64,000 bases of DNA. Origin: Gonapodya sp. JEL0774 (taxonomy: Eukaryota). Location of the stretch: positions 1-64,000 of the forward strand of contig JADIIX010000016.1 of NCBI GenBank assembly GCA_027604505.1. The letters run 5' to 3'. Under the pieces are notes generated by a model. It searched no databases. It worked only from the letters and a program-made list of their open reading frames with translations, and was not told the DNA's origin. Positions 11,111 through 24,030 of the stretch are shown in pieces (the first letter of the stretch is position 1; each line of letters begins with the position of its first letter). The translations under genes were made by a program, and so were the position numbers.

Positions 11111-14100
11111 ATGAGCACCATCGATGGGATGGAGAACGTACCGCCGCCGGCAACAGATGGACCGCCGAAAACCGTGTCAGCAGACGGCCAGGATGAATCG
11201 AAAAAGTCTAGGGCAGAGAAACTGCTTGAGTACTTGCGTAACAAAAAACAGAGGGACGGGGCAGACTCAGATACCAAGGTGAGGGAGACGGGGTGGTTGA
11301 TATGTTCTTCTCGCGCACCTGGAATGACCAAGCTGAACCATGGTGATATGGGACGATGCTCAAATTATCTGAGAGTCTGCCCTATTTAAAGTTGTGAGGT
11401 AGTTCTGAGGGTGCGTTAGAGACCAGCTATCTCCGCTGGGTACCGACACCTATTTTGTGGGAGTTGTGACTGTCAATTTAGCCCTCCAGAATTGAATGAT
11501 TAGTCTATCCGTTCTGTCTGACATGAAGTTCTGCTGGTCATTCCGTTCTTGGATAGCACTGGAATCCTTCGACCCGACCCAACACAACCTATCCACAGAT
11601 TGCTCCACGTATTCCACTTGGTGACTCCAACCATGTGAATGGCACTCGAACTTCACTCGGATCCATTTCTAGCACTTTGAACCTTGGGAATGGCACTCGA
11701 ACCTCAGTGGGATCCAGTTCTGGCCTTTCGCACTTGAAATCTTCTCCAGATAAGCGCGCCACGGCCGGGCCCACCCTGCCCAGACCTCCCACTCCCACTG
11801 GAGCCACTCTTCACCGGCCACCGACCCCTGTGTCAGTTGCTGGCCCCAACAAACTTCGTATCCCCAATGGGCAAACACCTCCCCGAAAGGAGCCGGTAGC
11901 AACTGCAGTGCCATCGACTTCCTCTAATGTTGGTGTCTCACGTGCAGGTGCTTCAAGGCCCATTCCTGTCCGTGCCCGCGCGACTTCCACCTCCCCCCGT
12001 TCACCTCCCAGCGAGGCCCGCTGGGGTCTTTTGGGTGCTCCTGATCGCCGACGTCCACCTTCTGCCTCACGTCCGACATTTTCAGCCGTTTCCTTGGGAA
12101 AGTCTGACTTCTCAGCACGGCATCTTGAAGTGAATACATCCAATGCGCCGGGTCCAGCTCTTGTCGCACCTGTAGCTCTTACATCTGCTCAACTAAAGCG
12201 CCATGTGAACCCCTTTGAGGGTAAGGAATTCCAACAGGTAGCTAGGGGCACGAGTGATCCTGGCAACCATCGGGACGGTTCACAGGACCAAAAGTCACCC
12301 GCTCTCTCGCTGAAAATTGAAGGGGGATCGATTGAGAGCGCGAGCCTGTTACGGCGGGATGAATTAGGGTCGGATAAGAAGATATCGGATAACAGGAAGT
12401 CCGCGGTATCTCACAAGGTGTGATTCGTTGTCTACCTGAAGTTTGCAATATGCCTCACAACCCATCCACCTTTTGCAGAATTATTCCCGGCCGCGGGTGT
12501 CACCTCCTCGCGTTCCCTCTCACCCTTACAAACTATCGCCGAGGCGGCGTGGACCTTCCGTGTCTCCCAGCACTTCTCGCTCTCGGCCGACGTCATTCGC
12601 ACCCACACACCCTGCACTCACAAAGCGCGATCGCCTCGCTTTCACACTCGACCAAGTTTTTGCAGCATCATCTCCTCGCCCTCCACCTGCCGAACGCGCA
12701 GTCAGTCCCGCGACCTCTGATCCGGAGCCAATGGCTGTGGAGGAGCTCCACACTGCCTCCGGAGATGAATTATCGGTACAGACTAACGTATCAGGACTGT
12801 TGGGGAAGTGCACATGGAACACACCATCAGACGGTAACTTGAGTGGAATCACGGACCGGGCAAGGACAGGGTTGCCCGAGCAATCCGATGCGATTGAAAA
12901 ATCGAACTCACACCTGTCAGTTGCTTCAGAGCGTCTGCGAGATCTTGAACGGCAGCTTGCCGCCAAGGAGTCTGAATGTGCTGCGTTGATCGTGCAGAAG
13001 GAGAACCTAGTTTCAGCGGCTAAGGACCGGGAGGAACAGGTTGACAAACTGGGAAAAGAGTGCAAAGAAGCGCAAGAGAGCTTGCAACGATTGCGGAAGG
13101 AACTCGAGCAAAGTAGTGACAAGAGTAAGGATGTGGAGCGGACAAAGGTGGCACTCCGGGATGCGGAGAAGCAGGTGCTGCACATTAAACTGACACTAAG
13201 TGGCACTGAAAAGGAGCTCGATCGGACCAAGATCATGCTGAAGGAGGTAGGAAAAGAGGTCGGTCGCGCAAAAGAGTCCGCCGAGAAGGCTAGTGCAGAG
13301 GCGGGGGAATGGAAGGCAAAGGTCTTCGAGATCGAGCGAATGGCGAAAGCTAGGACAGAGGCGGCCTTCGGGGAAGTCTCCCGACTGGAGAAGGAGGTTT
13401 CTGTGCTTGTTGCAACCAAGGAAGAAATAGATCGGCGCCAACACGAGACAATGGCCGCGCTTGAGGCGATGACGACTGAGCGAGACACTATGGCTGGAGA
13501 GCTGAGCACTTTGAGGGACAAACACCAACTTGCGATGAGAGATTACATTCTGAAGGTTCGTGAGCTTGAAAGACTGAGGAGCGGCGAGGTGGCTCAGGTG
13601 AAGGCGGAAACCGAAGCCAGAATCAACGAGCAGTGGGAAGCGCGATTACTCGAGCAGCAACAACAGCGTGCTGATGAATGTGCTATGCTAAGGGCTGAGC
13701 GGGATGCCGCTCGCGCTGACATCACACAAGCAGCCAGAGACCTCGATGAAGCCCATGAACTTATCAGTCAACTTGCAGAGAGAGAACATTGGATTCGCCC
13801 TGGAGATTTGCAGAAGCTGCATGAAGATTACCGAAGGGCGCAGGAAGAGGCTCGGAATCTACGGCGTTCCATGAATGAGCTGGACGAGAAGCTCGAGGTG
13901 GTCGAAGCGAACTGCTTTAAGGAAGAAACCACACGTTTAGCGGCAGAGGAAAAGGCCAGAAAGGCGGAGGATAAGGTGGCAGAGCTGGTAGATGAGCTGA
14001 CGGTGGTAATGAGGGATAGCGACGAGGTATGTCCGCGTGTGAGGCTGACGTGCTCAAGGTATCTGCTGGAAACACCTTTGATCCCATCTGGTGAAGCTTG

Positions 14101-14743
14101 CGGCTCAAGTCCGGGCCCGTGATGCAGACGAGCGGATCCTCAGTAGTCAAATAGGTGCTCTGCGCGAACAGGTCGCCGCTCTGCAAAGAAGTCATACAAA
14201 TATGGGGCACAATGTAGCAACTCAAGAAGCGAGCACAGGAACGGATCATCCATTTGACTTGAGATTGTACGAAAACGCTGAAAAGGCTATTGATATGATG
14301 AGAACTCTCCTCATTGGAAACGCGGAGATGTACCAACGGGTGAGAGTGTTATTGTTTTCTTGCTAATCAACGCTTTGTTTGTTGACGCCGCTCTGGGTCT
14401 CCTCGTTGGTTTGAAACTTTTAACAGATGCATGCGAATCATGAAGCGTACAACGGTGTTGTAGAAGACCTGCAGAATCAAATCGCTGATTTGGAGCGGTG
14501 AGTCAGCTAATGCGGATGTAATGAAGTGTTCGACTCTTCTCACGTCGATTGCACCCGCTCGACTTGGTATGCTGCGCTCACAATCCACGCGAACCTCTTT
14601 CTTCTGAACCCAGCACGAACGAAGAACTGTTGGCAACGAATTACCAACTCGTCGAGAAACTTCGTGAAGTGGGAATTGGCGATGCCAGTGGTGCAAAGGG
14701 TGGAAGGACTTCCAGAGCGGGCGGACGGGGAACCCGAAATTAG
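11111..14743 (+). CDS. Large coiled-coil protein with Pro/Ser-rich disordered N-terminal half; function unknown
   Basis: ORFs 11111, 11635, 12443, 14091 and 14549 are linked by GT-AG introns. E/K/R/L heptad-rich region at about 12900-14480. Confidence 0.7.
11637..11738. repeat. 51-bp imperfect in-frame tandem duplication (NGTRTS.GS twice)
   Basis: gaatggcactcgaac(t/c)tca...ggatcca.ttct starts at 11637 and again at 11688. Confidence 0.85.
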
Positions 14744-14955
14744 TTTATCTCATTTGATCTATTGTTCCCTAGCTTTAATGTAAAGCTCGTCGAATTTTCA
14801 TACCAGGATACCATGGTGAGAAAGAAGCTGTGTGTCTGCAATCTTTCGATCGCTCACATCTATTGTGATTGAAAGTACAAATGGTGGCAACTATGAAGTG
14901 CAGCATGGTGATATATCCAAAATTTATGTTTTTCCTGAAAGTCTCCTGTCATCCT

Positions 14956-17050
14956 TCACTTCCCTGTCCCGACCCGAGAATCCTTCTTTCCCGCTGACCC
15001 GCCATCCGCTTTCTCCCCCACTTTACCTTCTACCCCACCAACCACAACCCTCCCCACAGCCGTCTCGCACCTCTCCACGACTTCCCGCACGCCAGCGCCT
15101 TCGGGAACGGGAATGTAGCGGACTCGCGCAGAACCAAAATGAGCCAGAAGCTCACCCAAAATAGGAGTAGGGGAAGTATCGGAGGGATGAATGTAGAGGA
15201 GCCTTTTAAGTTGTGGTTGCACGTTGTTGCAATGAGTCCCCATTCCTCACCTCTGAGACAGCAACATTTCGGGACCCACCTGTCGATCTTCACGCCGCTC
15301 CGCTGAATACGCTCCGCCATCGCCTTTGAAACTGGCATTGAGTCCACAACATAACCTTTCTCCCTACAATCCTGTCGAGCAAGCCGTCGTGCAAGGAGAT
15401 CGGGAAGGAGATCCGGAGGGGCTGGGAGAGCACGTTGTGATCAGCAATCACTAATGCGTCATCCTAATAATACAGAAGGAAGGACAACCGCAGACGATCT
15501 TATTGTCATACACTTACCACTGGATGGGTCTTCCAAGTACCCTCCCACTGCGGGATCCGTCGAGCTCGCCGCGTGCTCGTACAAAAGGGTTCGCGGTGAT
15601 ACTGTTCGGTGGGTTCGTCCGTTTGCATTATGCAAAATGAGTAGATCAGTGGAGTGACTTGTTTCTCGGCTCGTGTAACCCTTCCCCTTCGAACCAGGAT
15701 GCCACTTTAAACTTACCATAAACCCCTCCCCACCGTCCTGCCGCCACTCCGGCGGCTATCCTCGCCACATCAACATCCACCGCGTCCTCTGCCACCACAG
15801 CCACTCTACAACCCCTCATCCCCCAACCGCTCGCGCCCTCTTTCACTTTCCGCTCCAACTCGACCACCACCATCTCCTCCTTACCCCACGGACCATTCTC
15901 TAGGTGGACTGTGATAACGGGTTTTGGGAGTAGGGGCACAACAGAGGCGACAAAGCGGCGGTGGAGGTTGAGTTTTTTGAGGAGGTGGGGTGGTGGGTGC
16001 GTGTAGTGGGCAACGATGATTTCCGGGGGCACAGTGAGGTGAAGTGTAAGTGTGGGTGGAATGGAAGCCGAATGGAGAGCGTAAAGCTGCCAAAAGGTGT
16101 TCCGGGCGGTGAGTTGAATGGGAAGTGGTAAATAGTGGCGGAAGTTGATAGTAGTTAGGTAATGTGAACCCCTCCATAAATGCTTATTTGTGGTCAGCAT
16201 GTGTCACATACTGAAAGTAGTCGTACAATCCTCGGTGTAGATGCGAGTTCGACATCTTTTTGGATCCCCAGTACATATTCTCTCCAAAGTCTGACATTCC
16301 GGAACTCACCTGTTCCCTTGTTCTTGGAAATCCCTCGATAACTCCACCTCTCTCTTCTTTAATTTTTTCCACAACGTCTCCAGTCACACACTCATCAGGC
16401 GCGAGTTCCCCACGTTCAACGAAAGGACGGGCTTTGCCAGCGAGAGCAGTGCGGTGGGTGAGATTACGACGAAGGAGGGCGGCAGAGGAGATGTGGGGGA
16501 GTTGGAGGCGATGGGAGAGGATACGAGACTAGAGGGGTTGAAGTGGACAAGGTGTTTAGACATGGCGAAAAGAAGAAGTACGAGACCAAGGCACCGGAGA
16601 AACAAACTATTTCATGACGGGAGCAGAACGCTGTTAAGTATAATTCAGGGTTTGGAGAATTAATGTTAAGTTTTGGGTAGGACACGCAGGGGAAGGTCGA
16701 ATTATTGGGCGAGAGATGGGTCGATAGTTAGTCCCGGCAGCTCCTTCTCCTTAATCCCTCATTCCACGCTTCTTTGTGTGCACTGAGCTTTCCGCTGGTG
16801 AGTACTGTGACCTTCCCCCAAGGTGAGCGTCCCCTTGCATATGGTCAAAGCTGGCATTTTGGTAATGCAACTCACGGGGACATATGAGCAATATCCTCGG
16901 TTTTTGTGGATTTTTCAACGAGTCAATTAGAAAGGAGACTGGGTCTGGTGGAGTTGCCCGGAGCAGCTGGAGCAGCAGGGAATCAATCAGATATCTCAGA
17001 TCCTTCTCATCCGCATACGTTGCAAGTTTCTCCGCTATTTTGTGATTCAT
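14956..17050 (-). CDS. AK8: Adenylate kinase 8-like flagellar protein, degenerate
   Basis: N-terminal docking-like segment LIDSLLLQLLRATPPDPVSFLIDSL; AK motifs HISSAALLRR, GELAPDE, GVIEGFPRTREQ; second domain LLARRLARQDCREKGYVVD. Confidence 0.75.
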
Positions 17051-17394
17051 TAAATGTGTTTTTGAGTTAAGAGGTGTGAGAAGGGTGAGCAATAGAGCAG
17101 ATGATCAATTGAGATGAGCGACATGGCGTCGGGACACCGAAAACGAATTGGGGCATCAACCATACACGAGCTGCATGTCACACCCTGTCCGACAGCGTAT
17201 CAGCAGATAGTTCTTACCTGCGGCGGCCTTTATGAGGTCTTTTGGGTCCATTGGATTGAGATGATGAGAGCTGTTGCGTCGGCCAACCAGCACTTGCCCT
17301 TGGCACGCTCAAATCACAGGTGTGGTGACACTCAACTTCAATCACAAATAAAACAAGTCGAGAAGCGTACATCACCGAATTATTGAACTCCATC

Positions 17395-20161
17395 ATGTCG
17401 TTTCTCATCGGAGCACCTGCCTGGCTGGCATCAGAGGGTGTGTGATCACTTTGATGAATCGAAGGTCTTCAACACCTTCCAGCCCTTCGCATCTGCTCAT
17501 TTTAACTTTGATTTCCCGATTTATACTCCACATTATCTCAATCTTCACACGACTATACTCCTTCTATTCTCTCTCTCTGCCCTCGTTGTTGTGTTTAGCC
17601 GGTATGAATTCCTCTGTCCCGTTCCTTGCCATGCTCCAACTCCCACATCTGACCCTATCTCACACATTATGTTTTTCCTAGCATGTTGTTTTGGCACCGC
17701 TGCCTGCAGATGCATGTACTGCAACCTCAAATGCAAGGTATGCTTTCCTAATATCCTTAACATTCTCCCAGCTCCCTGTTCATTATCGGTTTCTCCTCTC
17801 CCGAACAACTCTTGAAGTCTTCGACTGCAACGCGAGTCGTCTACGCGCTCTTGTTTCTTTCCACATCTCTCACCGCTTGGGTGAGTACTGGCCAAAGGTC
17901 GGGCGAGCAATCGGCAGGACCAGCATGAGCGGGGGAGAGGTCTTTTGAATGAAACAATGTGCTGCATTTTGGGAGAAGGGATCATGTCAAGCGCCCGGAT
18001 AACCCGGAGTCCACTGGCTAGTTTGACTTACGAACCTCGGAAAAGGCGAGAAAGAAAGCAAGCGAGCACGGTTATGTTCTCTATATCGTGACGTCAGGAA
18101 TACTGGCAGCTGGCGAGACTTAAGGAGGCCGGATTGACTGGCACGAATAGTCAAGCAACGAAGACCAGGTTCTCATGTTGCTAAACCCAACCAATACACT
18201 TAACAATCATGCACGACTGTTTGCGGTGCCTGTATTGGTATCCAAACCACGATGACCTGCCTGAAAACGGGTTAGGAGAGAGCGCCGACGGATCACACCA
18301 GTACGAAGCAATGCAGGAAGCAATCCTCGGACTCGCTGGCAGATACTCTTTTAAATCATCCTGGGTTGACGACAGACTGTGACGCCAAGTTTGAGCGTGT
18401 GGCGCCAAATCTGGATTCTGGGGAGGATTACATAGTTCCGACTGCAGGACGCGTCTCGCACACTTCGCATTTTTTGAGTTTCTTTCCAAAACTCAAAGTT
18501 CACATCAAATCTTCCTCACAGGTCATGGAATCGGATTGGATCGTCGATCAACTGGACAAAATTGCATATGGCTATCTAAAGCAAAACTGCCCAGAAAACA
18601 CCTGTTACGGCACTCTCGCTGTCTACCGGATCATGTTTACCGTCTCCCTCTTTCATCTGTCTCTGTCGGCTATGACGTATGGGGCCACCACGTCCAGGGG
18701 CATCCAGGGCGGAATACAGAACGGGTTCTGGGGACCCAAGTTCCTGTTCCTGGTTTTTGGATGCATTGCGTGCTTCTTCATTCCCAATGCCTTCTTTGAA
18801 GTCTGGGGAAAGTACATCGCAATCGTCGGGGCTGTGTTGTTCATGCTATTTCAAATGTTTTTGCTGGTGGATTTTGCACATTCGATCACCGAAACGTTGC
18901 TTGAACGCTGGGAGAACACAGATAACTCGGTCTGGGGTGCCGTCCTGGCGACATTAACGTTTGGTGCGCTAGGAGCAGCGCTGGTCATGACGATTTTGGG
19001 TTACGTCTACTTTGGGACACCTGGTAGGTGGTTCGACCTGTTTGCCGTTAGTGCATTACCGAACACACACATCCCATATCCCATTCTTTCACTTCGCTCC
19101 CTGCTTTCCCAAACAGCCTGCCGCCTCAACCAAACGTTCCTCTCGCTGAATCTTGTTGCCAGCGTCCTCCTGTGCCTTGCGTCCCTCTCGGATGTGGTGA
19201 GGGAGCACAACCCTAGCAGTGGTCTTGCTCAGGCCGCTGTGGTGGTCGTATATTCGACGTATTTGGTGTGCAGTGCCATGGTAAGTGCATCAGCAGGAGA
19301 GAGGGATGGTTAAATGGGGTGATAGCGAAATATAAGGCAGCGGATATGCTTTGCCCATTTTTGCAGCAATGGAGACGCCGTGACCAGTCCATCCAATTGA
19401 AGGTGGTTTCCTCGTTCTAACTCTCCTCCCAATCCAACCACATCCATCGCGACGGCTAGTCATCGGAACCCACGCCCGCACCCGGTTCCACGACTCCTTC
19501 CTGCAATCCACTCTCTGCATCTGGCGCCGCCCAAACCACCACGGTCGTCCTCGGGGCATTGCTCACATTTGCGGTTGTGTCGTATTCCACGACTAGCTCA
19601 GCAATGCGGGGCACAGTGTTTGGAGGAGGTGCAGATGACGGATACGGAGCAGTGGAGACCGGAGTAGAGGATGATGGTGATGAGGTGGGATATGGATGTC
19701 TGGGGAGGGGATCCACTTGTTGCACGAAGTCAATCGCTTTGGAGTCTCACCTTAATGGTTCTACTTGTAACAGGACGACCGATATCCCACAGACGATGAA
19801 AAGCAAGGATCTGTGTATAGCTATTCGTTTTACCACTTTGTTTTTGCGATCGCGGCGATGTACGTCGCAATGCTCGTTACAAACGTATGTATGAGGTGTC
19901 CAGGTCATACCGCTTTTCTCTCGGAACACTGTTTCACATAATTTGGTCATCTTTTTGAATGCGTAATCCGACAATATTCCCACAATCTTGGCCAAACCGC
20001 CCAAGTGGAACACTGTCACGTCCAACTCAGGTCTCACTACAGTGGGTCGCTCCTGGGCATCCGTATGGGTTCGCGCAGCAACCTCGTGGGTTGTATTTGC
20101 CTTGTACGGATGGACATTGGCTGCTCCAGTCTTGTTACCGGATCGTGATTGGGGTTATTGA
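17395..20161 (+). CDS. TMS1: Serine incorporator (SERINC/TMS1) membrane protein
   Basis: CCFGTAAC, SSTATRVVYA, CYGTLAVYRI, IQNGFWGPKFL, LLVDFAHS, NPSSGLAQAAVV, YSYSFYHFVFAIAAMYVAMLVT, and C-terminal WTLAAPVLLPDRDWGY*. Confidence 0.95.
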
Positions 20162-20356
20162 GAAGGATCTTCGAAATTTGGACTTCTATGTTGGACATCC
20201 GCACCAGCGCTGTCCGCCTTTTCGTAGACCGCTCATATGTTTCTGCAATCCCTATGTACATCATACACATATCTAGTTTTAGTCTGGATGGACATTTTTG
20301 CTACTTCGAGTGACATGTCAAAAGAGGGACGAATCGCCGTCAACTGCTGGTTTTTG

Positions 20357-23300
20357 ATGAGCACCCTTCAGGATACCCTCTACGATGCCGGAACCAGGGC
20401 GCTGCTGGAAGTGGAAACTCGAATCCGGAAGGCGGACAGCAAAGAAGGAGCAGTGCTTCTTTTCATTCCATTCCTGCGGAAATGGAATCATCCCACCGTC
20501 GTTACATCAACTCTGCTTAAGATTGCCGGTACGACAATGTCTGTATCTGTATCATTCGCTGTTGTCTCAATACTCTTGCAAGACCTTTTTCACTTGAGCT
20601 CGAATCCCGTAAAGTTTTCTCTTATTCATGTTATCGACACAACAAAGCATCTCGTTCCCTACAATCTACAGTCAGGGGACTTTGTACCGCGCATATCCCG
20701 TGTTCTCGAGAGTAATGATATTGTTGCACGGGCTGCAGCGATTCGAATCCTTGGGCTCCTGTGCACTCGCATCATGGACCGTCCTGATCTCCACCACGCC
20801 GTGCGACTTGCCCTGAGCTCACAAAATATATGCGAAGTTGAGTCCGCAATCTTTGCGGCCGATAGGCTATGCGGGAGGTCGAAAACCTTTCGCGGCAATG
20901 TCATGGAGACAGTGGTGGGAATGATAGACGGTGGGTCTTCTAAAAAGGTTTCCTTGCGAAGCTATGCCAATAAGTCGTCATGCTGCCAGATCACCGACCT
21001 TCTTTTCTGTTCTTTTTTGGGCAGATTCCGACAGGTCCATAGCCCAGACATGCCGTCTCCTACACTTATGCAGACACATGGCGCGGGACCACATGTTAGC
21101 ACAAAAAGTAGGTTCTCACGTCATTTCCTTGCTTCTTTAGTGATGCACATGTACTCTAGGCCCAAGCACTTTGCGAGCACATTGTGTCTAGAAATGACCG
21201 TCCATTACTCGTTCCAGCTGCTCTTCATACTTTGACCCAAATTGCCACACGGTCACAGTACCTTAAACCGTCGATATCAGGATTCTTTTTGCGAACTCTT
21301 CTGAGCACGCCAGTTGCGGAAGAGGCTTCTGTGATTGCATTGTTGCAATCCATGATTGTACTCCAACACCCACAGATGGGTCAAACTCATGAGGTCAGCA
21401 TCAATGAACCATCCCTTCTCAATGTCTTGGTTTTTGATATCTAATTTATCTGTTTGAAGGCCTTTGTAGACTCGCTTCTCTCACAAGCGAATTCTCCCTC
21501 TCCTGCAGTTCAAGTGCTGGCCTTTCGCCTCCTTCGATCCACCATTCGCGCCTCTATGCAACAGCCCAATCTCGACAAAGTGATTGTGACAATCAAGGAT
21601 TTTGCATTTACTGAGCTTGAGGTCCTTGGCGAGCTAATACTCCTGCTAACCGAGATGCGGGAACGCAGACCAGACCTGAGCGATCGTGAGCAATCGATTT
21701 TTTCTTGCAGTGTCCAACTCACAAAAAGAATTGCCAAGAATGTTGACTTTAGTTCCGCATATTCTCTCCGAGTACATCGTCACTGCAACACGAGCCCTTT
21801 CCGCACTGCCTACACCAGTCTCTCGTAACTCTTCCGCCGTGGCTTTCAGCTCTATGATACGTCTTGCCGCGCTCCTGCCCTCCTCTCAAGCCATAATAGC
21901 ACCCACACTTCTCTGGGCTGCCTCAGCTCGGGACCTGCCTTTGACTCCAGAATGTCGAGCGAAGTTCGCGAAAGGAGTGAGAGATGTCGCGATTGGTGGT
22001 GCCCTACCTAAGGAAATGGTTTCGGCTGTTATTGCATCCATTGGTTTCGTGCACTCCGACAAGCGTGGAAGAGCGTCAACGGTGAATAGAAGCCAACGAC
22101 CGTGTCAAGAAATTCACCTTACTTGTGATTTTGCGCTTTAGGTTCCGCTTCTGCAGTCTCTACTCCGGCACTACCAGACGCGTACATTAAGCGATCCATC
22201 CCGACTGACAATTCTGCACACCTTAAGGTCTACAAATGCCATCGAGACGCTCACGAACTGGGATGTTTACACAGTCAGCTGTCTTGCTGCGTCTGTGGGA
22301 GCGTTCGAATTTGCTGGAAATATGTTTGGGAAACTAGCGAAAGTGGTATGTAAGGAGTTGACCAGCAAAGCGAGTACTTATTTGATCGTCACACTTGCTC
22401 CAATGAAGGTTGGATCCGAAGTCCATGCACGATGGTTATGCTGTTTACAGCGTTTCTGCCTTGCTGAAGGGGCAGTCGTACATGATCCCCAAACTAGGTG
22501 GGACGACAGCAAACTGGTCAGGGGAATTGCCGCAGTAGAACGAGTCGGAATTCAACTGAGCGTGAGTGTATGCTTACCATGTCGATGACGCACAGAAAAC
22601 CAGAGTTTGGCATAATTGTCGACAGGCGTTACATTCCCGATACTTTACTCCTAGATTCCAGAAGCTCTTTCTCATTGCTCGCGTCGAATTCCTCCAAACT
22701 TTGCGAGCGATATTGAAACTTTTGAGAGCAAAAATGATACAGCAGGTGAGATTCATAAGATGTTCATCAATAAGATCAAAGATTATTCAATCCCAACTAT
22801 TGGTCCGCTTCTATTGGCGATAGTTGCATTCTCCTGCGGAGGCCTTATTGAAACTTTCGAAAGTACGATACGCTTTGCTGGCTCGGCGATTCGGCAGGAT
22901 TGATAAGCAAACCGAGGAACATATTCTGTGAGAAATCTGTTGAATTGCATTGGGAACACTCCCAAAGAAGAACATCATCGCACACACTGCTTGAGGCTTG
23001 CAAACTCCGCTTCTGTCCATTTTACTTCAGTGAAGTGAGCAACATATGCACCCGCCTCTCCAATGCCCTTCGCCAGGCGTCGGGGCAGACTTTGTTCCCC
23101 TTGAACCCTCCGCGACAGTCTTCTGCAAAGTTCAACAATTTTGAGCAGTACCTTTCGGATGCTGTGAATGTGCCTTGTAATGATGTTCTGAAGGTGCAAG
23201 TCGGATGATTTGCAAGATGGATGATTTGCAGCATCAGTGATTAAACTGAAACCATCTTCCTTTCAGATTTCGACTGTCCTAACACAGGCCATTGAATGTG

Positions 23301-23932
23301 TTCTCCAAGTGCCTATGCCGGTTCCTCCATATTTCTTCAAAACAGCAAATTCCTCTGAAATGAATGTATGGTTTTATTCCAGTGTTGAAGGACACTGCTG
23401 GGCATAACTGCAAACTAGAAGCTCTCCATTTTTTCTTTTGTCTTAAGCTTTCCGTAAGTCCCGCCTGGTCTGCCGAACAGCTTAAAGGACTCTCCGCGAC
23501 AGATTCGATGGTATTGCGAATTGATGGGGGATCATCTGGCGACGCCACGTCAGCCCACTGGAGTGGCACTGAATGCAGGGTGGTGGAGATTGCGTTTTAC
23601 ACGAGCGCACGTGGCAACGACAGCCCGACGCGCAGAATCCATTTCGGAGAGGAACAGCCCCGCGGAGAGGTAAGACTTGGTACCGGTTTGCCAGTTACTC
23701 ACATGTTGACTAGCCAGTCTCCTGGTTTTGTAAGCCGCTGCTCCTTCGGACTGCTCCCCTAGATGACCGTTTGCGGTTCACAACCACTGTCGCGCTACCT
23801 AACATTCAAAATACCTCCAGCAACCACATGGAAAATCGCAAAAGATTGCTATGTGCAGTGGCCTCAGTAGTGGACAAGAACGGCAGGGCCTTTGAGACTG
23901 CCGAAGTGGAATTTGGAGCCGTGCTTAAGTGA
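20357..23932 (+). CDS. INTS7: Integrator complex subunit 7
   Basis: RALLEVE..., SNDIVARAAAIRILG..., LHHAVRLALSSQNICEVESAIFAA, and C-terminal ASVVDKNGRAFET match recalled INTS7. About 12 introns. Confidence 0.85.
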
Positions 23933-24030
23933 ACGAGAATATGGCATTTGCCGGAACAGATGCAGTAGATTACCGGCCCCAAAGTTGAATGGCATTTACA
24001 TTGAATGTGATATTGAAGTCTTCGAACTGT

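Noticed and set aside
12526..13521. 331-aa antisense ORF, and similar ones at 29315-30034, 24467-25018 and 60424-61050
   Set aside because: They are shadows of real coding exons on the opposite strand.
17738..17771. U12-like signals (GTATGCTT donor, TCCTTAAC branch-like motif, CAG 10 nt later) in a SERINC intron
   Set aside because: That intron would be only 34 nt and would frameshift the conserved SSTATR exon, and the donor lacks the GTATCC core.
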